A stretch of 64,000 nt of DNA from an uncultured delta proteobacterium (GTDB lineage Bacteria > Myxococcota_A > Bradymonadia > Bradymonadales > Bradymonadaceae), in contig OY969087.1 of NCBI GenBank assembly GCA_963697525.1, forward strand, positions 735,236 to 799,235, in the 5' to 3' direction. Of the stretch, positions 36,001 to 44,171 are shown piece by piece. A model generated the notes under the pieces. That model had not been told where the DNA came from, searched no databases, and was given only the letters and a program-made list of their open reading frames with translations. How positions within the stretch are numbered: position 1 is the stretch's first letter; every line of letters begins with the position of its first letter. The position numbers and the translations under genes were made by a program.

Positions 36001-38415
36001 GAGGACACGGCCAAGATCTTGGACGCGTTCATGAGCATGTACGCCACCGCCGGCCTGCTTCGGTTCACCCCGGCGGCGCGGGCGCTGGCGACGATGTTCT
36101 GGGCGTTTGGCGACCAGCCCGAGCGACGCAAGAATTGGGCGCGCCGGGGCGTGAGCATGGGGCGTCTGCGCGAGATCTTCGGCCACGGCGAGCCGCTGAG
36201 GGCGTTGGGCGAGGAGTTGGCGGGAGAAATCGCGGACTTCATTGCAGCCACATCCTTCGGTGCCAGGGCTTCTAGCCCTGGTTTTAGTGAGGGAGTCATC
36301 GCCGAAGCCGGCCGCTACCTCGCCGAGGAGCTCGTCGACCAAACGCCCCGTTTCGTCGAATCCAGCGAGGCCACCGCCCTGCGCGACGCCTTCTTTAGCT
36401 ACCTCGACCAGAAGCACTCCCGCCTCGACTTCACCGAGGACCTCGCCCAGATCGAAGACAACCTCGAGGCGAGCTGGCAGCTCGTCGTCGCCTGGCTCGC
36501 CGGCTTCGCCCAGAGCCAGCTCGACGAGGACGTCAGCCACCTCATCCCCGAGGTAGCCGCGCTCGTTCTCACTGGCGACCATATCGAGCGTCAGACCGCC
36601 GAGGCGCGCACCACCGCCGAGGTGAGTGACCTGTTGGGCGACCATCCGCGCATCCAAAACGGCGCGCTGAAGCTTCGCCTCGACGAGTTTTTGACCCGGC
36701 TTCGCCGCTACACCGACGAGCACGTGCCCGCCTACCGCGAGTACAAGCGCCTGAGCCGCGCGTTGCTCGACCGCGAGCGCCAGCGGCTGCGCGTCGACGA
36801 CCTCGACCCACAGGTGTTCAGCGGTTTTGTGCGCAACCAGCTCATCGACGAGGTCTACCTGCCGCTCATCGGCGACAACCTCGCCAAGCAGATGGGCACC
36901 GTCGGCGAGGACAGCCGAAGCGACCGCAGCGGCTTGTTGCTTTTGATCTCGCCGCCCGGCTACGGCAAGACGACCCTGATGGAGTATATCGCCGACCGCC
37001 TCGGCCTGATGTTCATGAAGATCAACGCGCCGTCGTTGGGCCACGACGTCGTCTCGTTGGACCCCGCGGAGGCGCCCAACGCCACCGCCCGCCAGGAGGT
37101 CGAAAAGATCAACCTGGCGCTCGAGATGGGCAATAACGTCATGCTCTACCTCGACGACATCCAGCATACCCACCCGGAGTTTTTGCAAAAATTCATCTCG
37201 CTATGCGACGCCACCCGCCGCATCGAGGGCGTGTGGAACGGCAAGACCAAGTCCTACGACCTGCGCGGCAAGCGCTTCTCGGTGGTCATGGCCGGCAACC
37301 CCTACACCGAAAGTGGCGAGCGCTTCCAGATCCCCGACATGCTCGCCAACCGGGCGGATACGTACAACCTGGGCGACATCCTGAGCGGCAAGCAGGGCGC
37401 CTTCGAGATGAGCTACATCGAAAACGCGCTGACCTCCAACAAGGTCACCGCCCCGCTGGTCACCCGCGAGCGAAGCGACATCGGCCGGTTCATGAAGATG
37501 GCCGGCGGCAAGCAGATCCCGCTGACCGAATTCGACTACGCCTACTCCTCGGTGGAGGCCGGCGAGATCGTCAACGTGCTGCAGAAGCTGATGGACATTC
37601 GCGACGTCGTCTTGAAGGTCAACCAGCAATACATCGAGTCGGCGGGCAAAAAAGACGAGTACCGCACCGAGCCGCCCTTCCAGTTGCAGGGAAGCTACCG
37701 CAACATGAACCGCATGGCCGAGAAGGTCGCCTCGGCGATGAACGACGCCGAGGTCCAGGAGGTCATCGACAACCACTACAACCAGGAGTCCCAGACGCTG
37801 ACCACCGGCTCCGAGCAAAACTTGCTCAAGCTCGCCGAGCTTCGCGGCAAGCTCACCGACGAGCAAAAACAGCGCTGGGCCGAGATCAAGCGCGAGTACA
37901 CCCGCCGCAAGATGATGGGCGGCGACGACGATCCCATCTCGCGCGTCGCCGGCCCGCTGGCCACGCTCGTCCAGCGCCTCGAAGACGTGCACAGCACGCT
38001 GGAAGCCGACAACGTCTCCACCCACCTCGGCGACATCCGCGGCGTACTTGAAAAGGCTTTGCAATCGGCCGAAAAGGCCGCGAAGCAGCGCCCCCACGTG
38101 GAACTGCAACAAATCCCGGCAAACCAGCAGTCGCAGGCCGCCCAACAGGCCTCCCCCGCCGCCGTCGAAGCCCTCTCCGAGGCGCTTTTGTCCCTGCAGC
38201 AGGCCAAACTCGAGGTCCAGGTCGTCGGCGACATGCCCACCAAACTAGGCGAAATCTTGGAGAGCCAGCTCGGGCTTATCGAGAGCGCGATCTTGCCGCT
38301 GGCCAAATTCGTCTACCGCGAGGCCGAAGACGACCAAAAGCGCGACGAGCAGCTCGTCGAGGTCATGCGCAAGCTCGACGCCCTGGGTCGCCAGGCGGTG
38401 CCGGAAGGCGAGTAA
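33067..38415 (+). CDS. Giant (1782 aa) coiled-coil protein with a dynein/MoxR-like AAA+ ATPase domain; function unknown
   Basis: ATGA overlap with the flotillin stop. Walker A LLISPPGYGKTTLMEY (nt about 36955), Walker B NVMLYLDDIQ (nt about 37140), sensor/Arg region NRADTYNLGD. Long coiled coils at aa 480–1000 and 1500–1782. No other family motif recognised. Confidence 0.75.
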   Translation: MMSQDAKQPAVSASNYDIIRKRLEDQARELGERTDALNDKRAQMFGGVEMTVVGQERVRTEHNCVPRDIVNVGGRMLFGYNVKLGLKAKTDVDDVFSLHAFQKDDDGFKLEPLAQDTKDNFLGEEKFVRDFDELYTYYKDARLSQLIKLDTRLLAVFQIGTTLEDRRVLRWGLDAVDNIQYIDNAGDRDLTPPEPHDFQWRTVTREDHHKGKHPHVSILDEVFVETVGGDLTIKIEDNTDDGKGIYNEPVDDLHQSLGDGEFLFAKIGNLIVLKILPYREEKWRYFVFNTLTKQVERIDAIGQSCIQLPDEQGIVFPGGFVLSNGQSKNFDANVEGMRVHQVVRSANGEDVLYVFYRPQDGSYLLLAYNVIRKDVQNPINCHGYSLFDDGTMIVFRFQGDEPTRVHPMQIWQTPFVSDEHAANQPQDDSLLSNIGNAELVRGISDAFSLCSMIDDLEPSMAVYEALITSAQRLLDAYFWLDKDEVGDLAAVVGDIIDTAGLVVDEFQKVTALKKKAKEALADAEQKQRSLFTDVRYNDWKRIERFVEGLDKLRQQRGRIITLKETRYIDVDRLDELEAEVTERYDDLSKATVEFLLDDQALKTYQDGLDELESKVDNLENTKQAAELDDKLDTINKGLNLLTEVVSGLQVDDPTKRTKILENIGEVLSRQNRDRAKLERNQKQLAEQEGKAEFAVQFQLFTQSVTSALGMCDTPKACDEQLTRMMVQLEELESRFSSFDGFLTKLAEKRDEVYEVFESRKRALLDERQRQANNIARSADRILSGVVRRASNMDSVEDLNAYFASDAMVMKVRDLATKLRELEEDVRADDIITQLKASKDKAIRQLRDKLDLFEGGDNVIKFGQHRFSVNTQAAELTMVPDGDTMALHITGTEFLESIDDPDFAKTRPFWNQPLVSETDQVYRGEYLAAAIVFDAENAANGLTVAELQKRRKDPAELKKLIRGYMDERFDEGYERGVHDEDTAKILDAFMSMYATAGLLRFTPAARALATMFWAFGDQPERRKNWARRGVSMGRLREIFGHGEPLRALGEELAGEIADFIAATSFGARASSPGFSEGVIAEAGRYLAEELVDQTPRFVESSEATALRDAFFSYLDQKHSRLDFTEDLAQIEDNLEASWQLVVAWLAGFAQSQLDEDVSHLIPEVAALVLTGDHIERQTAEARTTAEVSDLLGDHPRIQNGALKLRLDEFLTRLRRYTDEHVPAYREYKRLSRALLDRERQRLRVDDLDPQVFSGFVRNQLIDEVYLPLIGDNLAKQMGTVGEDSRSDRSGLLLLISPPGYGKTTLMEYIADRLGLMFMKINAPSLGHDVVSLDPAEAPNATARQEVEKINLALEMGNNVMLYLDDIQHTHPEFLQKFISLCDATRRIEGVWNGKTKSYDLRGKRFSVVMAGNPYTESGERFQIPDMLANRADTYNLGDILSGKQGAFEMSYIENALTSNKVTAPLVTRERSDIGRFMKMAGGKQIPLTEFDYAYSSVEAGEIVNVLQKLMDIRDVVLKVNQQYIESAGKKDEYRTEPPFQLQGSYRNMNRMAEKVASAMNDAEVQEVIDNHYNQESQTLTTGSEQNLLKLAELRGKLTDEQKQRWAEIKREYTRRKMMGGDDDPISRVAGPLATLVQRLEDVHSTLEADNVSTHLGDIRGVLEKALQSAEKAAKQRPHVELQQIPANQQSQAAQQASPAAVEALSEALLSLQQAKLEVQVVGDMPTKLGEILESQLGLIESAILPLAKFVYREAEDDQKRDEQLVEVMRKLDALGRQAVPEGE

Positions 38416-38462
38416 CTTCTTTAACGTTTGGCGACTAACTCGCAGGAGCGCACACGGTATTC

Positions 38463-38951
38463 CTACTCGAAAGTTGGCGGGGTACTCGGCAGCTTCTTCG
38501 CGGCATGAAGCACCGCTACGACGGAAATATGGTGTTCGTCGACGCGATAGATGATTCGGTAGGGAGCCTTGATCACCTCGCGAATGGAGGGATCGGCATA
38601 TTCGGGCACATGGCGGCCCGACTGCGGGAAAGTTTCGAGCCGTGCCGCTGATTCGATGATTTCCTCGACGACCCGCTGCGCGGCTTCAGGTGCGTTTCCT
38701 CTCACATAGTCGTAAATATCTTGGAGATCATTGAGAGAATCGGTGCTCCAACGCAGCTTCACGTGTCGCCCAATCCGAGCCGTGCCCGAACTTCGTCTGT
38801 GGTCAGGGTGTGTCCTTTCTTCGATGCTCTCCAGCCCCTGTTCAATCTTGCGACGCACGTAGATCTTGTACTCGAGTTCCTCCCACGTCGCGTCGTCGGG
38901 CAACTCTTCGACCAGCTTACGTGCTTGTTCTTTGATTCCGGGCGTTGGCAT
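38463..38951 (-). CDS. ParE/RelE-family toxin with an in-frame N-terminal antitoxin-like (addiction-module component) domain
   Basis: N-terminus KEQARKLVEELPDDATWEELEYKI resembles antitoxin or addiction-module components. C-terminus LNDLQDIYDYVRGNAPEAAQRVVEEI ... YRIIYRVDEHHISVVAVLHAAK matches the ParE/RelE fold pattern. One continuous frame. Confidence 0.5.
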   Translation of the reverse strand: MPTPGIKEQARKLVEELPDDATWEELEYKIYVRRKIEQGLESIEERTHPDHRRSSGTARIGRHVKLRWSTDSLNDLQDIYDYVRGNAPEAAQRVVEEIIESAARLETFPQSGRHVPEYADPSIREVIKAPYRIIYRVDEHHISVVAVLHAAKKLPSTPPTFE

Positions 38952-39086
38952 CGCACCTCCTGTTGCTGGATACCGACTTCTCCACTGTGCATTCTAACAA
39001 CCAGCCTGAATTGTTCCAACCGGTACGGGGTAACGACGGCCGTAGGGCGCGGCGAGGCCGCGGGGGTGGTCGCGCTGGCAAGGATT

Positions 39087-40082
39087 TCATGCCCCAAACG
39101 CCTCAGCGACCAGCTCGTAGGAGCGCACGCGGTCGTCATGGCTGTGGATGAAGCTCGTGATCATCAGCTCATCAGCGCCGGTGCGCTCGGCGAACGCGCT
39201 CAGCTCGGCATGGACCGTCTCCGGGCTGCCGATGAACTGCTGGCGGCGGTTCTTCTCGACGACCGCGCGCTCCATCGGAGAGTACGGATAGTCGGCGGCC
39301 TGCTGGGGCGTGGGCAGCGGCGCGAACTCGCCGCGCTGCAAGCGCACTCGGCTCAGGTCGAGCGTCTTGGCCAAAAAGTCGGCCTCCTCGTCGGTCTCGG
39401 CGCAGACCACCGACACCGCCAGGATGACGTGCGGCACGGGAAACGCCTCGGACGGTTGAAAATTCTCGCGATACGCCTGCAGGGCCGGCTCGGCGGGCGC
39501 CGGGCTAAAGTGGCTCGCAAAGCCGTAGCCCAGCCCCAACTGGCCGGCGAATTTCGCGCTGGCGCCGCTCGAGCCGAGCATCCAGATCGGCGGGAGTTTG
39601 ACGCCGTTGGGCATCACCCGCACCCCGTCGAGCGGGTGGCCTTCGGGGAAATCCCCGCGCGACAGGCGAATCAAATCCTGGAGCTCTCGGGCGAAGAGCG
39701 ACGGGTCCGACGGCCGAAGCGCCCTCACCGTCTTCTGGTCGGTGCCGGGCGCGCGCCCGATCCCCAGGTCGATGCGCCCGGGATGCAGCGCCTCGAGCGT
39801 ATGGAAATTCTCGGCGACCTTGAGCGGCGCGTGGTTCGGCAGCATGACGCCGCCCGAGCCTACCCGAATGCGCTCGGTCGCCTGGGCGACGTGCCCGATG
39901 AGGATCTCCGGCGACGAGCTCGCCACACTGGGCATGCCGTGATGCTCGGCAAACCAGTGGCGCTCATAGCCGAGTTCCTCGCCGAGCCTGGCGAGCGCGA
40001 GGCTATCTTGCAGGGCCTGAGGAGCAGTCGAACCCTCGCCAATTGCGGCGAGGTCGAGGATCGAAAGCGGGATGGATGTCAT
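39087..40082 (-). CDS. LLM-class flavin-dependent oxidoreductase (luciferase-like monooxygenase family)
   Basis: TIM-barrel LLM motifs (LGYERHWFAEHH ... IRVGSGGVMLPNHAPLKVAENF ... IWMLGSS). Start at the internal MTSIPL; 332 aa. Confidence 0.8.
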   Translation of the reverse strand: MTSIPLSILDLAAIGEGSTAPQALQDSLALARLGEELGYERHWFAEHHGMPSVASSSPEILIGHVAQATERIRVGSGGVMLPNHAPLKVAENFHTLEALHPGRIDLGIGRAPGTDQKTVRALRPSDPSLFARELQDLIRLSRGDFPEGHPLDGVRVMPNGVKLPPIWMLGSSGASAKFAGQLGLGYGFASHFSPAPAEPALQAYRENFQPSEAFPVPHVILAVSVVCAETDEEADFLAKTLDLSRVRLQRGEFAPLPTPQQAADYPYSPMERAVVEKNRRQQFIGSPETVHAELSAFAERTGADELMITSFIHSHDDRVRSYELVAEAFGA

Positions 40083-40212
40083 TGGGGTCAGTCGGTGTTC
40101 GGGAGGGTCAACAGCGTCGGTCAGCGTTGGGATGCACGAGCCGGCCTCGAGGTTCCAGAATCGTAAGCGCTCGATTGGACGCAAAGCGCCGACATGGCGT
40201 AAGCTTTTAACC

Positions 40213-41223
40213 ATGAAAAAGCTACTGACCGCCATCGTGCTCGCCACAGCATTCATCGCCGGATGCGACTCCAACGTCACCTCGACGCCCGCCGTCGACA
40301 CGGGACATCACGCCGACACCTCGGCGAGCGACGCCAGCGACGCGGCGGCCCAACACGACGCAGACCAGCACGACGCAGACCAGCACGACGCAGACCAGCA
40401 CGACGCGGCCCTGGCCCCGCCGTGGGACCCGAGCACGCCGCTAGGCGGCGACCGCCCGGCCACGGTGATGCTGCCCGACGACTACACCACCGCGCACCGG
40501 TGGCCGCTGATCGTGCTGCTGCACGGCTACGGGGCGTCGGCGACCATCCAAAACGCCTACTTTCACCTCAGCCAGCGCCGCACCGATCGCGGCTTCATCC
40601 TCGTGCTGCCCAACGGCACCGTGGACGCCTCCGGCAAGCGCTTCTGGAACGCGACCGACGCGTGCTGCAACTTCAACGGCAGCTCGGTCGACGACGTGAC
40701 GTACCTGACCGACCTGGTCGCCGAGGCCAAGCAGCGCCTGGCCGTCGACCCCGACCGGGTCTACTTCATGGGTCACTCCAACGGCGGGTTCATGAGCTAC
40801 CGCATGGCCTGCGAGCTGGGCTCGAAGATCGCCGCCATCGCCAGCCTGGCCGGCGCCGCGTTCAACGATCCCCAGAACTGCGCCGACGACGGCAAGGTCA
40901 GCGTCCTCGAGATCCACGGCGACAGCGACCAGACCGTCGCCTACGACGGCGGCACCTTCTTCGGCCACGACTACCCCGGCGCCCAGCAGAGCACCCAACG
41001 CTGGGCCACCCGCGACGGCTGCGACGCCCAGCCCCACGACGGCCAGCCCATCGATCTGGTCAGCAACCTCAGCGGCGCGGAGACCGACGTCACCCAGTGG
41101 ACGGGGTGCGACGCTGGCACCGACGTCGCGCTGTGGACCATGCACGGCGCCGGCCACATCCCCAACATCAACCCCGACTTCATCGACCACGTGCTCGACT
41201 TTTTGCTGGCACACAAACGCTGA
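40213..41223 (+). CDS. PHB-depolymerase-family esterase lipoprotein (LpqC-like)
   Basis: Lipobox FIAGC. WPLIVLLHGYGASA ... WNATDACCNF ... YFMGHSNGGFMSY match the Esterase_PHB family. The N-terminus carries a (DADQH)3 repeat. Confidence 0.75.
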   Translation: MKKLLTAIVLATAFIAGCDSNVTSTPAVDTGHHADTSASDASDAAAQHDADQHDADQHDADQHDAALAPPWDPSTPLGGDRPATVMLPDDYTTAHRWPLIVLLHGYGASATIQNAYFHLSQRRTDRGFILVLPNGTVDASGKRFWNATDACCNFNGSSVDDVTYLTDLVAEAKQRLAVDPDRVYFMGHSNGGFMSYRMACELGSKIAAIASLAGAAFNDPQNCADDGKVSVLEIHGDSDQTVAYDGGTFFGHDYPGAQQSTQRWATRDGCDAQPHDGQPIDLVSNLSGAETDVTQWTGCDAGTDVALWTMHGAGHIPNINPDFIDHVLDFLLAHKR

Positions 41224-41313
41224 AGCCGTTGCCGTATGCAGTTACGCAGTCGTAGTTCACTCGATCACTCGATCACTCAATTACTCGATCACTCGAGCAT
41301 CGTCGGCGCAGCC

Positions 41314-42525
41314 TCACCGCCGACACCCAATGCGCTTGGTCGCTACGACCACGTCGTCGTAGTAGATGGTCTGCTCGTCGGAGACCGTCAGCCCCTTACC
41401 CTCCAGGGCCTGGCGTTTGCGCGCGCTGGAGGCGCGCTCGTAGTAGGCGTCCAAGATCACCCGCTTGAAGCCGACGTCCGGGGAGGTGCGGAAGTTGAAG
41501 CCCTCGAAGGGCTGGGGATCGGTGCACGCGCTGTAGTTGCAGCCGCCGGTGTGGAAGCTGTCGCGCAGCCAGGTGCCGTCGGGGTAGCCCGGCCGGTAGT
41601 CGCCCACCAGCTTGTCGTCGATCCAGTAGGTCAGCTCGCCGTCGTTCTGGCCGGGGGTGTTGGCCTTGGCGCGCATCTCGATGCATACCCACTTGTCGCG
41701 CGGGTAGGGCTACTGGTTGGGCGGGCGAAAGACGTTGCCGTAGTAGTAGGTCGTGCCCTGGTCGCCCGCGCAGCCCGGGGTGGCGCTGCCGTCGTTGCAC
41801 CGCCCGGAGCGCATGTCGTGCCAGTAGACGTAGAAGTCGAAGACGTTGTCGTTGTTGATGTCGAAGTCGAACCAAAAACCCTGGTCGCCCGGCGGCACCG
41901 TGTTGGCCAGCCCGCTGGAGTTTTAGTCGTCGGTGCCCGCCGAGACGCGCACCCAGTGGTGGGGATTGGGGGCGATGTTGGGGAAGCGCGCATAGAACCG
42001 CCAGTACACCTCGTCGACCTGGTCGAACGAGACGCGCGCGTTTGACGAGATGTACTGGTCGTTTTGCAGGTCCTGGGTGGTCACCGTCGACTTCAGGTAG
42101 CCGCTTCCCGAGTGGGCGATGCTCGCATCCGTCTGCATCGTCAGATATTGGGTGTCCGCCTGTGGGGCGTCCCACCGGCCCCAGCCCTGCTCGAAGTCGT
42201 CGAAGAAGATCACCGCCGGGTCGTCGGCGATGCCGTCGTCTCCGGGATAGCGCTCGCTGAGCGTGGTCGCGCCTTCGGATGCGTCTGCCTGCGCGTCGTC
42301 GCCCGAATCGGCCGCACCGCTGTCCGGCGTGTCGCCCGGTGCAGCGTCCGTCTGCTCGTGGCCAATATCTGCCGTAGAGGTATCCGGCGAGGCGGCGGCA
42401 TCGGCGCCCTGGTCGCCGCCTGACGACGAACCGCCGCTACTGCACCCGAGGGGCGCCAGCACCACCACCACAGCCAACACGCCCAACCGCCACGACCACG
42501 CACGCTCACCCATCACCATGCTCAC
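41314..42525 (-). pseudogene. Secreted lipoprotein gene interrupted across 3 frames (pseudogene or assembly error)
   Basis: ORFs 41923..42525 (lipobox LAPLGCSS), 41710..41898 and 41314..41676 are consecutive pieces. Stops cluster around 41898–41923. Confidence 0.4.
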
Positions 42526-42722
42526 CGGGATCTTCGAGAACCGAAACAGATTGTTTGTTCACCCAGGGATCATAGCGCAAAAGCGACGACAAGCCGACAT
42601 CCCTGCTGCATGCCGTCTCCGCCGTCTCCGAGCAGTCACAAATGAAACGGTTGCGCGAGCGCACTTGTCGCTTTACGGTAACGGTCGTTCGTCTCACAAC
42701 CCACCATCTGGAGCAAAGCCCC

Positions 42723-43379
42723 ATGTTGTACGCAGAAGATACCACCGGCGCTGTCATCGCGGGATTCAAGATCTTCACCGACGGCCAACTCACTGGCGCT
42801 CAGGCGCGCGAAATCGAGACGACTCTCGAGCAGCTCGACGAGACCTATGACCACGGCATCCGCCTTATCGTGCCGGGAGATACCTCCTACTTGGAGAGCG
42901 ACCCCGACTCGAATATCCCCGCGGACTACATCGCCCTGGGACTTACGGTGGTCAGCGACAGGACCTACCAGCCCCGGGAGGTCTCTGTGGAGGCAGTCGA
43001 AGCGGCGCTGCAGGGTGTGCGCGACCTGCCCGCGGACTTCTGGGAAGCGCTGGCGCAGAAGGTGCCCGCGCTCGCCGACTTTACCGCCGGCGAGCCCAAG
43101 ACGTACCTGACGAGCTTCGGCCCGCTGGCTCAGGCGTGCCTGGTCGCCGGCGTCTTGGTGCCTCGCGAGCAGAGCGCCACGGCCACTTACGACTTCTTCA
43201 ACGTCCAGGATATGTACCAGCAGTCGTCGAGCGACGGGGTCGACGGCGTTCTGGTCAACGCCGTACAGTTTTCGAGCGTGTCGACCACCGACCTGAGCGA
43301 GGAGGCCGTCGCCGGGTACCTCGCCAAGGCCGACCAGCTCGACGAACCCAAGCTGTACATGACCGTGCGCTACGACTGA
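42723..43379 (+). CDS. Hypothetical protein, paralog family member 1
   Basis: Starts MLYAEDTTGAV, ends KLYMTVRYD. Collinear along its full length with the 45518–46180 product. Confidence 0.5.
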   Translation: MLYAEDTTGAVIAGFKIFTDGQLTGAQAREIETTLEQLDETYDHGIRLIVPGDTSYLESDPDSNIPADYIALGLTVVSDRTYQPREVSVEAVEAALQGVRDLPADFWEALAQKVPALADFTAGEPKTYLTSFGPLAQACLVAGVLVPREQSATATYDFFNVQDMYQQSSSDGVDGVLVNAVQFSSVSTTDLSEEAVAGYLAKADQLDEPKLYMTVRYD

Positions 43380-43505
43380 CAGCGCCACGTTGGCGGTCTA
43401 CCCGAGCGTGTCGACCAGCCCGGCGCTCGGTCATCATCGGTGCGTGCGCTTCCAGCGCTCGCTTTCGAGGGCAAGATGCCCGCACCGAAAGAAGGTGAGG
43501 GCTGC

Positions 43506-43988
43506 TCACGCCCGCGGTCGATGGCTCGCGCCGCGCTCGAAGGTGCCGACGACCTCGGCGCGTTCGATTGCGTGGCCGCGCGCGGCGTCCAGCAGGTCGG
43601 TGATCGAGCAGCCCTGCTCCAGGTCGAGCTCGGGCACGTTGAGGGCGATGACGCGGAAGAAGTAGCGGTGGGGGCCGTGGCCCTCGGGCGGGCGGGGGCC
43701 GTTGTAGCCAACCTCACCGAAGTCGTTGGTCGCCTGCAGAAAGTCGTACCGATGGGCCTCGTCGGCGATTCCCTCGGTCAGCTCGGTCATGTCGGCGGGA
43801 ATGTTGAACACGCCCCAGTGGCGAAACAGCCCGCCGGGGGCGTCGGGGTCCTCGCAGATCACCGCGAAGCTGCGGGTGCCCTCGGGCACGTCGAACCACA
43901 TCAGCGGCGGCGAGACGTTGGCACCCTCGCTGGTGTAGCGCACGGGCATGGGCGAATGGTCGGCGAACGCATCGCTCTGGAGTTGCAT
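43506..43988 (-). CDS. YbhB/YbcL-family Raf-kinase-inhibitor-like (PEBP) protein
   Basis: SPPLMW ... VICEDPDAPGG ... HWGVFNIP ... GYNGPRPPEGHGPHRYFFRV are PEBP bacterial-family signatures. Confidence 0.85.
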   Translation of the reverse strand: MQLQSDAFADHSPMPVRYTSEGANVSPPLMWFDVPEGTRSFAVICEDPDAPGGLFRHWGVFNIPADMTELTEGIADEAHRYDFLQATNDFGEVGYNGPRPPEGHGPHRYFFRVIALNVPELDLEQGCSITDLLDAARGHAIERAEVVGTFERGASHRPRA

Positions 43989-44171
43989 AGCTGTGCTCCT
44001 CGTTCCGAGTTGCCATCCTCCGAACCAAAGCTAGACACGGGCCCAGACCAAGGAATCGTCACTGCGGCAAGCAGCCAGTGGAACCGCTTGCCGGCTGGAC
44101 AACACGAGGCGCGACGACAGCCGCCCTCGCCGTGGGCGTAAGAGGAATCGAGCGCGGGGTTCGGTCACCCC

